64,000 bases of DNA, from assembly GCF_009914755.1 (NCBI RefSeq), contig NC_060933.1. One strand, given 5' to 3'. Below, in pieces: positions 12,882 through 25,000 of this stretch; positions within the stretch are counted from its first letter, which is position 1; each line of letters opens with the position of its first letter. The notes under the pieces were generated by a model that was not told the DNA's origin, did not search any database, and saw only the letters and a list, made by a program, of their open reading frames with translations. The translations under genes were made by a program, and so were the position numbers. The stretch comes from the human T2T-CHM13v2.0 reference genome, Homo sapiens.

Positions 12882-13789
12882 CTTTCTCTCTAACAGAGCA
12901 CAGGAGCCAAATGAATGAGTTCGCAATAGCAAACACCAGACCAGTTTCAGCAACATAATAAAGTAGTATTGGATTATAACCCAAAGTATAAAATATATGT
13001 CCATGATATCTAAATGATTAAATAAATAAATGGGGGAGAAGGAACTGATTTCCTTTGCTAAGAATTACAAGTAAGTCATGTGAATACACCCCAGCGAGGA
13101 GAAGTGACATAACTCCCCACTCCTTAAGTGTGGGCTGTGCATAATGACTTCCTTCCAAAAAGCACACTATGGAAAGGCGGAGAAAAAAGTAACATTATAG
13201 TAGAGAAACCTGACAAATACTATCCCAGCCAGGTGATCAAGGTCAATGTCAAGAATAATAAATCATGTTGCTAGAATGAAGCCTTGATATGGTATGATGA
13301 GAATGGCACTTTATAATCTTCCTCCCTAAAACTCATAATCCAAGTCTAATTATGAGAAAAACATCAAACCAATTCCAATAGAGGAGCATCCTACAAAATA
13401 TTTGACTAGCACTCCTGAAAACTGTTGAAGTCATAAAAAAACAAACAAACAAACAAACAAACAAAACAAAACAAAAAAAACCACAAGGAAAGTCTGAGAA
13501 ACTGTCACAGCCAGTGGGAGCCTATGGAGACATGATGACTAAATGAATGTGGTATCTAGGATGGGACCCTGGAGGAGAAAAAGTAAAAACTAAGGAATCT
13601 GAATAAACTATAAATTTCAGTTAATAATGATGAATCAGTGTTGGTTCATTAATTGTAACAAAAGTACCATACTAATGTAAGAAGTTAACAATGGGTGAAC
13701 TTGAGTAAGGAAGCATATGGAAACTCTACACTATCTTTGAAATTTTCTATAAACCTTAAACTCTTCTAGAAATAAAGTCTATTAAAAAA
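12501..13789 (+). mobile_element. L1MC3-like long 3' UTR with embedded (CA)n/(TA)n (12562-12609), (CA)n (12840-12879) and (CAAA)n (13440-13480)
   Basis: TTGGAGACACCAGTATGAAC...CTCTGTCTGCTGAGAGG...GAGAAACCTGACAAA...AAATAAAGTCTATTAAAAAA. Confidence 0.8.
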
Positions 13790-14378
13790 GGTAAGGGATA
13801 ATAAAAAGATTGTATAAATGTAATAAATATATGGATATTATATGACAGCCTTTTTATTGAGGAGATGATTATCAAAAGCAAACAAATATACAAAAATAGA
13901 TTTTAAGATAAAATAGATTTTAAGGTTGAAGAGAATCATTAAAGAGGACCAGTGTATAATAACAAAAACTTCAAATTACCAAGAGGATACAATAATTCTA
14001 TGCGCACTAAAATATAGCACCAAACACCTAAAGCAAAATTTAACCAAAGTACCAAACAAATGTATGAACCCATCATCATAAGGGGAGATATTAACTTCTT
14101 TCAGCAATTGATATATCAAGTAGACAAAAATGTCAGCAAGGATATAAAATATTTGAGCAACATAACTAATAAACTTGGTCTAATGGATATTTGTCTGTAT
14201 AGAGAGAGCCTTGTACTCAGTAATTTGATAATTCATTATTTTCAAGCACACATGGGATTGACCACATATGTAGCCATAAGGCAAGCAAAAATGAGTTTAA
14301 AAAATTAGTCTCATATACAGATCACTTTTCTGACACCAACAGAATTCGACAAGAAATTAATAACAAAATATAATTTAG

Positions 14379-15449
14379 GTGCAGAGCGGTTTGATTGTTC
14401 GTTGAAGGAGCACATTTCCTTTGCCGGGCGACTGCGGCTTCTCCCGGGGCAGTACAAGTGGCCTGACTCAGGGGTTGTGTGAAAGAGAATGGTCCGAACC
14501 AAGCCGACTGCTGGGTTCCACTGGTGGGAGCCCCTCCACCTTCACCTCCGCAAACAGCTGGCCGCTAAAGCTGCCAGAAGAGCCCCCTCTGCCAATGGGG
14601 TGAAGAATACGCGTCACTGCAGGGCCGGACCCTTCGTCATTACCAGAAACTGACTGAGCTTCTCATCCAGAAACTGCCTTTCCAGAGGATGGTGAGGAAT
14701 CGCCCAGGATTTCAAAACGACTTGAGGTTTCAGAGCACAGCCATTAGTGCTTTTCAGGAGGCTGGTGAAACTTAGCTGGTGGGTTTGTTTGAAGGTACTA
14801 ACGTGTGTGCCATCCATGCTAAGAGATTCACCATTATGCCCAAAGACATCCATCCAGTTGGCTCTCTGGAAGAGGCGAGAGAACTGGGAGAGAGCTCTCT
14901 CTGGGGAGAGACCTTAAGTGAAGGCAGATTTTATGGTATTTTGTAATAAAGTCTGCAAAATACTTTGATTAGGTTTAGTCTGTGACTTTTTTTTTTTTTT
15001 TTTTTTTGGCTAAGAAATTGCTTTCCATGCTTTGCATTTGTACTGAAGTCACTCCATCTTTCACTCAAGACGAATGTGAAAAGTGACTGAGTATTCACAG
15101 ACCTCAATGATGCTCAGGAGTAATGAGTTGCTAACATGCAGAAGAGCCAGGGAATATTTTGTGCTCCTCATTATGCAAGTTTATGTATGTTAATGACTTG
15201 TTGAGTAGCTATTAAGGTAATAGATTGATAAATAAATTACACAAGGTTATTTTGCAATAAAACTTTATGACTTGATTCAAGATTTTAACAATCAGGACTG
15301 TTAAATCTGACCATATATCACTCTGATAGAATGTGGGCTTTTTCCAGGGTGAAGATACAAGTCTTAACCATAGTGTAACTTACAGCTTCAAGAAAGGAAG
15401 GAAGGGAGGAAGGGAGGGAGGGAGGGAGGAAGGGAGAGAGGGAGGGACA

Positions 15450-15519
<70 letters not shown>

Positions 15520-16329
15520 AAAGAAAGAAAAAGAAAAGAAAGATAAGAAAGGAAAGAAGAAAGAAGGAAGGAAGGAAGGAAAGAAAGAAAGAGAGACGGA
15601 GGGAGGGAGGGAAGGAAGGAAGGCATGGAGGACAGAAAGAAGAAGGAGGAGGAGGAGAGCATTTATAATAGCCATTTTATGTATTGTAGTGTCAACAGTT
15701 TTAAATTAAATGTTTTACATTTATAAGAGGTATAGTCATTAATATTGTCATTAATATGTGTGTCATTTGGAGTCCAGTTGCCTTTCTCCTAACTAAATTA
15801 TGCTTGTTTTCACAGTAGTAAAATGCTATGTGGATATCATACCTTACATAAGTCCTTATTCTACCACATGTTAACTAACCCCTAACTGATAATACAAACA
15901 CTAACTGGGCGATTGTATTTATAATGGCTCTATAAGAAAATATGAGCCATTCACACCAGCATCACCTTTTATCAATATTCTTAACTAGTTAGTGCACGTT
16001 TTCCTTGTGTGGTAGTCAGTCTCATAACTAGGATGAGATTTTTCTCCCCCACTAAGAGAAAACAATGTTGAAGTTATTTTCTATGTGGACTTAGTATGAC
16101 AAAAACCCTTTGTGTAAATTTTCTGTGGAGAAGGAGAACACAGTTCCAGCTCATTGAACCTCTGCCAATTAAGATGGTGTCCAGTTAGGTTACATTTGGT
16201 TACCATCCTGAGAAAATCACTTTTAAGAGATGGCCTTCCAAATGGTTTAAAAATTTATCCTTCCATTAAAGTTTTTAGGTTAATTATGTATGTCGACTAA
16301 ATTTATGAATAAACTTCTTTATAAAAAAA
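14379..16329 (+). pseudogene. Processed pseudogene of histone H3.3B (parent H3F3B/H3-3B): 5'UTR, disabled CDS 14489-14917, long 3'UTR
   Basis: 5'UTR GCAGAGCGGTTTG...GTGAAAGAGAATG; CDS remnants [46 protein letters not shown] with frameshifts and no introns; H3F3B-specific 3'UTR (TTAAGTGAAGGCAG, GAAGATACAAGTCTTAACCA, GAACCTCTGCCAATTAAGATGGTG); AATAAA 16308-16313 followed by an A-run. Confidence 0.95.
15390..15658 (+). repeat. Compound polypurine microsatellite (GGAA/GGGA/GAAA)n inside the pseudogene 3'UTR
   Basis: Direct reading. Confidence 0.97.
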
Positions 16330-16336
16330 CTATGGC

Positions 16337-16688
<352 letters not shown>

Positions 16689-17139
16689 TCAAAGAAGAAA
16701 TCATAAGATAAATATACATATCAAAAGTTATGGGATACAGCTAAAGCAGTACTAAAAGAAAAATGTGTAACTCCAAATATATTTATTGAGAAAAAAACGA
16801 AATAACTATGAACTAAATATACAATTGAAAATGTTAGAAAACAAAATAAAATGAAAGAAAGAAACGACATGAAATAATCTTAAAAGGACAGAAATTAACT
16901 GGGAAATAAAGCTAAAATAGAGAGGACTGACAAAATCAAAACTTTATTAGAAAAGATTTATATCATTGACAAAATGTTGTTAATACCAATTAAAAAATAA
17001 AAATGTAGAGCAAAACATATTAAATATTAAAAATAGATATAATTACTAACACAAAGGACTAGGAGGATAAAAAATTTCCAGGAACAAGTTTATGCCAAGA
17101 AATTTGAAAATTTAGATTAAAAAACTGAACTCATGAAGG

Positions 17140-19170
17140 GGTTGCAGATGATATGACCTTATATTTGGCAAAACCTAAAGACTCCACCAAAAAATGATTA
17201 GAACTGATAAACAAATACAGTAAAGTTGCAGGATCCAAAATCAACATTAAAAAAATCAGTAGCATTTCTATGTGCCAACAATGAACAACCTGAAAAAGAA
17301 ATAAAAAGTAATACCTAGGAATTAACTTAACAAAAAAAATGAAAGATCTGTGTAATAAAAACTATAAAACACTTATGAAAGAAATTGAAGATGACACACA
17401 AAAAAATCAAAAGGTATTCCATGTTCATGGATTGGAAGACTCAATATTGTCAAAGTGTTCATACTACCCCAAGCAATGTACAGATTCAATGAAAGTCCTA
17501 TCGAAAGACCAGGTACATTCTTGAAGAAATAGAAAAAACAACCCTTAAATTTATATGAAATCACAAAAGACCCAGAATAGCCAAAACTATCCTATGCAAA
17601 AATAACAAAACTGGAGCAATTGTATTATCTGACTTCAAATTATACTACAAAACTTTTGTAACCCAAACAGCATGGTACTGGCATAAAAAGACACAGAGAC
17701 TAGTGGCACAGAATAGAGAACTCGGAAACAAATCCACACACCTACAGTAAACTCATTTTCAACAGTTTCCAACAGCATACATTGGGAAAAAGACAGTTTC
17801 TTCAACAAATGGTGCTGGGAAATTGGATTCCATATGCAGAGCAAGGAAACTAAACCCCTATCTCTCACCATATACAAAAATCAAATCAAAATGGATGAAA
17901 GAGTTAAACCTAAAACCTCAAACTATGAACTTACTATAAAAAACATTGGGGAAACTCTCCAGGACATTGGTTGGGGTAAAAATTTCTTGAGTAATATCCC
18001 ACAAGCACAGGCAACCAAAGCAAAAATGGACAAATGGGATCACATCAAGTTAAAAAGTTTCTGTACAGCAAAAACAAAAACAAAATATGCACAAAGTGTA
18101 GAGACAACCCACAGAATGAGAGAAAATATTTGCAAACTACCCATCTGACAAGGCATTAATAGCTAGAATATAGAGGGAGATCGAACAACTCTATAGGAAA
18201 AAAATTAACAGTCTGATTTTAAAATGGGCAAAAGATTTGAATAGACATTTCTCAAAAGAAGACATACAAATGGCAAACAGGCATATTAAAAAGTACTCAA
18301 CATCACTGATCATCAGAGAAATGCAAATCAAAACTACAATTAGCATCATCTCACCCCAGTTAAAATGGCTTATATGCAAAAGTGAGCCAATAACAAATGC
18401 TGGCAAGGATGTGGAGAAAAGGAAACCCTCGTACACTGTTGATGGGACTGTAAATTAGTACAACCATTGTAGATAAAAGTTGGAGTTTCCTCAAAAAAAC
18501 TAAAAATAGAGCTACCATATGATTCAGCAATCTCACTGCTGGGTACATATCCAAAAGAAAGGAAACCAGTATATCGACAAGATATTGACACTCCTATGTT
18601 TGTTGCAGCACTGTTTGTAGTAGCTAAAATTTGGAAGCAACTTAAGTGTCCATCAACAGATGAACGGATAAAGAAAAAAACATGTTGCTTGCAGCAACAT
18701 AAATGGAACTGGAGGTCATTATGTTAAGTGAAATAAACCAGGCACAGAAAGACAAACATTGCATGTTCTCACTTATTTGTGGAATCTAAGGATCAAAGCA
18801 ATTGAATTTATGGTCACAGAGAGTAGAAAGATGGCTATCAGAGGTTGAGATGAGTCGTAGGGGCAGGGGTGAGGTGGGGATGGTTAATGGGTACAAAAAA
18901 TAGAATAAATAACACCTGATATTTGATAGCACAACAGGGGGACTATAGTCAATAATAATTTAATTATACATTTTAAAATAGCAACAATGATATAATTGGA
19001 TGATTTTGTAACAAAAAGATACATGCTTGAGGGGATGGATACCAAATTTTCTATGATTATGATGTGGTTATTATTCATTGCATGCCTGTATCAAAATATC
19101 TCATTTACCTCATAAATATATACATCTACTATGTACCCACAAAATTAAAAATAGAAAAATTAAAAGATAA
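17140..19170 (+). mobile_element. 5'-truncated L1MA2/L1MA3
   Basis: Starts at TTGCAGATGATATGA (RT ADD motif); 3' end GATAGCACAACAGGG...CTACTATGTACCCACAAAATTAAAAAT. Confidence 0.88.
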
Positions 19171-19864
19171 AAAAGAAGAGAAAAATACATTTAAACAAAT
19201 TATTAAAGGAATTGAATTCATATTTTAAAATATTTCCATGAAGAAAGCACCAGGTCTGAATGATTTTAAGTTAGTTTTACCAAACATTCAAGAAATAGAT
19301 AATCCCAATTGTATAAAAGTTTTTACAGAGAATCAAAAAAGAAGGAATAATTCCCAATTCATTCAATGAGTTTAGTAGAACTTAATTACTAAGCTGGAAA
19401 GGACAGTATGAGAAAGGATAATTAAAAGTAAGTCTCACCCTTGAACACAGATTTTTTTTAAAGTTAAACAAAATCAGCAAATTTAATAAAGCATTATACT
19501 AAAAGGATGCTACTTCATGGCTAAAGATTATCTATCCTAAGAATCCAAAGTTGTCTTAACATTAGACAGACAGTAGAAAGGAGATAGGTTAAACCTCTGT
19601 TATACTTACTCTTTATACTGGGAGTAATAATTGAAAATGGGTTCTCCATGACAGAGAATCATGGGAACAGTGAAAATTCCTTTATAATACCATTAAACCC
19701 CCCTGAGAAACTGGTACTTTCACACATTGTAATATCTTTATATGTATCTGGTTTGAGGGATAAAAATATATTTCTCCATATTCCCTAATCAAAAGCACAT
19801 TTCTCAATAGAATTCCAACATCTATTAACCATCACTAGAGGCTACCTGTATTTTTAATACTTCA

Positions 19865-19950
19865 TTTTATTTTTTAAATTGACACTTAATAATTATATGT
19901 ATTTATGGGATACATAGTGATGTTTTGATACATATAATGTATAAGGATCA
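19865..19950 (-). mobile_element. Short L1MA/L1PB 3'-end fragment
   Basis: TTTTAAATTGACAC...ATTTATGGGATACATAGTGATGTTTTGATACATATAATG. Confidence 0.7.
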
Positions 19951-20159
19951 CCTTGATTTAAGGGGACCATTTCCAGGAGCCTCCAGAAAGAGCTATTAAT
20001 TTGTGAGTACATACCACTTTGATAGATGGCTTTTCCCATGACCACTAGCTGAGACCTATATTCTGATGGAATATGACATAGGAATATAAGTTTCAGTGGA
20101 AAAATAACAAAAAGAATTTCAGAAAATAGAGAACTTCAGAGTACGAAAATATTTATCCC

Positions 20160-20780
20160 AGAACCACGTGTGATCCATCACTGTTGCACTGGCCCCTTCC
20201 TCAGCTCACACCTATTGTCACTGGTGGGCATATGCCTTGGTTAGCTCAAGTATCTGAAAGTTTATAGAGTATTTGGTCCAGATATTGAATCCTGAACATA
20301 ACATCAGATCAAGAAGCGCACTTTTTGGTAAAGGAGGTGTCGTGGTGGGCATGTGATCATGGGACCCATCGGCTCCTCTCACATCTGCACCACCCAGAAG
20401 CAGCTGGCCTGATAGAACACAGGACTGTCCTATAGAAGGCACAGCTGAGGCTCCAGCTTAGAGATGATACCCTTCAAGGAAGCGGCAGCATCCTTCAGGG
20501 TGTAGTATATTCTCCAAATCAATACCCTGTACATGGTGCTGTTAAATCCACAAGAGGTAAAATGAAGATGTGGAAGTAGCAGGAGTCCTACTTATCGTCA
20601 TTCCCTGTGACCCACTAGGGGAAATTGTGCAGCTGCAAGGATTGTAGGTTGCCCCACTAACATTCCTCAGTTTTGCCTTCAAAACGGATTGAAGAAATCC
20701 TGGAGGGGCTGTTCCCAGGTAGGACAAACTTACTATACAAAGCAAGTAGACCATCCAGTGCAAAGGACCACCCAGTATAG
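20160..20780 (+). mobile_element. ERV3-16A3/ERVL internal fragment (integrase region)
   Basis: CACCACCCAGAAGCAGCTGGCCTGATAGAAC (HHPEAAGLIE)...CCTTCAGGGTGTAGTATAT...ATGGTGCTGT. Confidence 0.8.
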
Positions 20781-21160
20781 AGGATGGATGCTGTGATGCA
20801 CTGCACAGATTTCTCCCTTTATTACCGAATCACTCATTCCCCCAGCTGCCAACAGCACAAAGCTATGTTCCTACCTAGGAGCTACCTCATTCAAAGGGAG
20901 CTGCCTTGCCCAAGGCTTTTTCCCCTTCCTAGATACACCATGCATCACATGGCTGACTGATCATGTTGGGTACAAAGGCCTGGCCCTCTTACATCAACTC
21001 TCAAGAACAACCCCCACCCCAAAGAGGTTTTTTTTGTGTGACCCAATTGCAGTTCAGCTACCCTCTGACCAATCCTGCCGCTTTAATTTCTCCCAGGTGT
21101 TTTTATCCAGAGCACTCTTTATAAACTTCCTGCACTCAAATCTTTCTTGCCAGAATGCAG
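20781..21160 (+). mobile_element. LTR16C-like ERVL LTR (3' LTR of the preceding internal fragment)
   Basis: GGATGCTGTGATGCACTGCACAGAT...CACTCATTCCCCCAGCTGCC...GGGAGCTGCCTTGCCCAAGG...GGTACAAAGGCCTGGCCC. Confidence 0.8.
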
Positions 21161-21324
21161 ACAGCTCAAGTATTCTTCTACTGTTTGGTGGAGATAATTG
21201 AGATGTTTGAATATGTAAGACAAAACAGAAAAAAGTATCCACATAAGCAAACCTTCCTTATTGACATACTTTAATCAGTATCTTAGATAAACATATGAAA
21301 TTTTGAGTTATCATTCTTTCAGTC

Positions 21325-21480
21325 TTTCATTCATTCAAAAGATATTTCTTTATCATCTATAATGTGTAGAACTATTTCAGATTATAGGAATGCAGAGATG
21401 ATTAAAACACAGTCTCTGACCGTAAGAAGCTTACAATTAAATGGGGAAAGAGACATATATAGGGGAACTTAAGTATATGA
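21325..21480 (-). mobile_element. L2 3' end
   Basis: CATTCATTCAAAAGATATTT...ACACAGTCTCTGACC...AGCTTACAAT. Confidence 0.65.
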
Positions 21481-21602
21481 AAACAGGCTCAACATAGAAC
21501 AAACAGTATAGATGTCAAATGTGAAAATTAATGAATTTATTAATTAATTTATTCTTCTACATCCATTTTTGCCTTTATTGAAAGTAGTGAATACATATCA
21601 GT

Positions 21603-21901
21603 GGCCGGGCGCGGTGGCTCACGCCTGTAATCCCAGCACTTTGGGAGGCCAAGGCAGGCTGATCACGAGGTCAGGAGATCGAGATCATCTTGGCTAACAG
21701 GGTGAAACCCTGTGTCTACTAAAAAAAAAAAAAAAAGTACAAAAAAAAAAATTAGCCAGGCGTGGTGGCAGGCGCCTGTAGTCCCAGCTGCGTGAACTCG
21801 GGGAGGCGGAGCTTGCAGTGAGCCGAGATCGCGCCACTGCACTCCAGCCTGGGCACAGAGTGAGATTCCATCTCAAAAAAAAAAAAAAAAAAAAAAGAAA
21901 A
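21603..21901 (+). mobile_element. AluY with a 26-nt internal deletion and a 22-bp TSD
   Basis: GAGATCGAGA, GGAGCTTGCAG diagnostics; TSD GAAAGTAGTGAATACA(T/C)ATCAG at 21580-21601 and 21902-21923. Confidence 0.95.
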
Positions 21902-22006
21902 GAAAGTAGTGAATACACATCAGATAGATTAAAATCCATTTCAATGCTAATTTCTGCATGCTCTGGTTCTGTTGGAGAGAATACAAAGATATTCTAATTT
22001 TCATAA

Positions 22007-25000
22007 TTTTTTTAAATTTTTTTTTTATACTCTAAGTTCTGGGATACATGTGCCAAACGTGCAGGTTTGTTACATAGGTATACATGTGCCATGATGGTTT
22101 GTATCAACCATCAACCCATCATCTACATTAGGTATTTCTCCTAATACTATCCCTCACCTATCCCCCCACCCCCTGACAGGCCCTAGTGTGTGATATTCCC
22201 CTCCCTGTGTCCATTTGTTCAACTCCCATTTATGAGTAAGAACATTCAGTGTTCGGTTTTCTGTTCTTGTATTAGTTTGCTGAGAATGATGGTTTCCACC
22301 TTCATCCATGTTCCTGCAGAGGACATGAACTCATCCTTCTTTATGGCTGTATAGTATTCCAGGGTGTATATGTGTCACATTTTCTTTATCCAGTCTATCA
22401 TTGATGGGCATTTAGGTTGGTTCCAAGTCTTTGCTATTGTGAACAGTGCTGCAATAAACATACGTGGGCATGTGTCTTTATAGTAGAATGATTTATAAAC
22501 CTTTGGGCATATACCCAGTAATGGGATTGCTGGATCAAATAGTATTTCCAGTTCTAGATCCTTGAAGAATCACCACACTGTCTTCCATAATGGTCGAACT
22601 AATTTACACTTTCACCAACAGTGTAAAAGTGTTTCTATTTCTAATCATCCTCTCCAGCATCTGTTGTTTCCTGACATTTTAATGATCGCCATTCTAATTG
22701 GCATGAGATGGTATCTCACTGTGGTTTTGATTTGCATTTCTCTAATGACCAGTGATGATGCGTTGCTTTTCATATATTTGTTGGCCACATAAATGTCTTC
22801 TTTTGAGAAGTGTCTGTTCATCTCTTTTGCCCACTTTTTGATGGGGTTGTTTTTTTTTTTTTCTTCTAAATTTGTGTATGTTCCTTATAGATTCTGGATA
22901 TTAGCCTTTTGTCAGATAGATAGATTGCAAAAATTTTCTCCCATTCTGTAGGTTGCTTGCTCACTGTGAGGATAGTTTATTTTGCCATGCAGAAGCTCTT
23001 TAGTTTAATTAGATCCCATTTGTCAATTTTGGCTTTTGTTGCCATTGCTTTTGGTGTTTTAGTCATGAAGTCTTTGCCCATGCCTATGTCCTGAATGGTA
23101 TTGCCTAGGTTTTCTTCTAGGGTTTTTATGGTTTTGTGTTTTACCTTTAAGTCTTTAACCCATTTCGAGTTAATTTTTGTATGAAGTGTAAGGAAGGGGT
23201 CCAGTTTCAGTTTTCTACACATGGCTAGCAGTTTTCCCAACACCATTTATTAATAGGGAATCCTTTCCCCGTTGCTTGTTTTTATCAGGTTTGTCAAAGA
23301 TCAGATGGTTTTAGATGTGTGGTGTTATTTCCGAGGCCTCTGTTCTGTTCCATTGGTCTATATATCTGTTTTGGTACTAGTACCATGCTGTTTTGTTTAC
23401 TGTAGCCTTGTAGTATAGTTTGAAGTCAGGTAGCGTGATGCCTCCAGCTTTGTTCTTTTTCATTAGGATTGTCTTGGCTATATGGGCTCTTTTTTGGTTC
23501 CATATGAAATTTAAAGTAGTTTTTTCTAATTCCGTGAAGAACGTCAATGGTAGTTTGATGGGGATAGCATTGAATCTATAAATTACTTTGGGCAGTAAGG
23601 CCATTTTCACAATATGGAGTCTTCCTATCCATGAGCATGGAATGTTTCTGCATTTGTTTGTGTCCTCTCTTATTTCATTGAGCAGTGGTTTGTAGTTATC
23701 CTTGAAGAGGTCCTTCACACCCCTTATAAGTTGTATTCCTAGGTATTTTATTCTCTTTGTAGCAATTATTAATTGGAGTTCACTCATGATTTGGCTGTTT
23801 GTCTATTATTGGTGTCTAGGAATGCTTGTGATTTTTGCACATTGATTTTGTATCCTGAGACTTTGCTGAAGTTGCTTATCAGCTTAAGGAGATTTTGGGC
23901 GGAGATGATGGGGTTTTCTAAATTTACAATCATGTCATCTGCAAACAGGGACAATTTGACCTCCTCACTTCCTATTTGAATACCACTTATTTCTTTCTCT
24001 TGCCCGATTGCCCTGTCCAGAACTTCCCATACTATGTTGAATAGGAGTGGTGAGAGAGGGTATCCTTTCCTTTTGCTGGTTTTCAAAGGGAATGCTTCCA
24101 GCTTTTGCCCATTCAGTATGATATTGGCTGTGTGTTTGTCATAAATAGCTCTTATTATTTTGAGATACATTCCATTAATACCTAGTTTATTGAGAGTTTT
24201 TAGCATGAAGGGTGTTGAATTTTATTGAATTTTATTGAAGGCCTTTTCTTCATCTATTGAGATAATCATGTGGTTTTTGGCATTGGTTCTGCTTATGTGA
24301 TGGATTATGTTTATTAACTTGCATAGGTTGAACCAGCCTTGCGTCCCAGGGATGAAGCTGACTTGATCGTGATGGATAAGTCTTTTGATGTGCTGCTGGA
24401 TTCGCTTTCCCAGTATTTTATTGAGGATTTCCGCATCGATGTTCATCAGGGATATTAGCCTCAAATCTTCCTTTTTTGTTGTGTCTCTGCCAGGTTTTGG
24501 TATCAGAGCGATGCTGGCCTCATAAAATGAGTTAGGGAGGAGTCCCTCTTTTTCTGTTGTTTGGAATAGTTTCAGAAGGAATGATACCAGCTCCTCTTTG
24601 TACCACTGGTAGAATTTGGCTACGAATCCATCTGGTCCTGGGCTTTTTTTGGTTGGTAGGCTATTAATTACTGCCTCAATTTCAGAGCTTGTTATTGGTC
24701 TATTCAGGTATTTGACTTCTGCATAAATGTCTTCTTTTGAGAAGCGTCTGTTCATATCCTTTGCCCATTTCCTGGTTCAGTCTTGGGAGAATGTATGTGT
24801 CCAGGAATTTATTCATTTCTTCCATTTCTGTTCATTTGCACAGAAGTGTTCACAGTATTCTCTGATGGTAGTTCGTATTTCAGTGGGATCAGTGGTGATA
24901 TCCCCTGTATCATTTTTTATTGCATCTATTTGATTCTTCTCTATTTTCTTCTTTATTAGTCTGGCTAGTGGTCTATTTTGTTGATGTTTTCAAAAACCAG

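Noticed and set aside
14489-14917. Possible novel histone H3.3 variant gene
   Set aside because: Frameshift within the first ~10 codons, multiple indels and a stop; no intact histone fold ORF
14360-16336. TSD for the H3.3B pseudogene
   Set aside because: No convincing direct repeat between the flanks; probably decayed or obscured by the Alu
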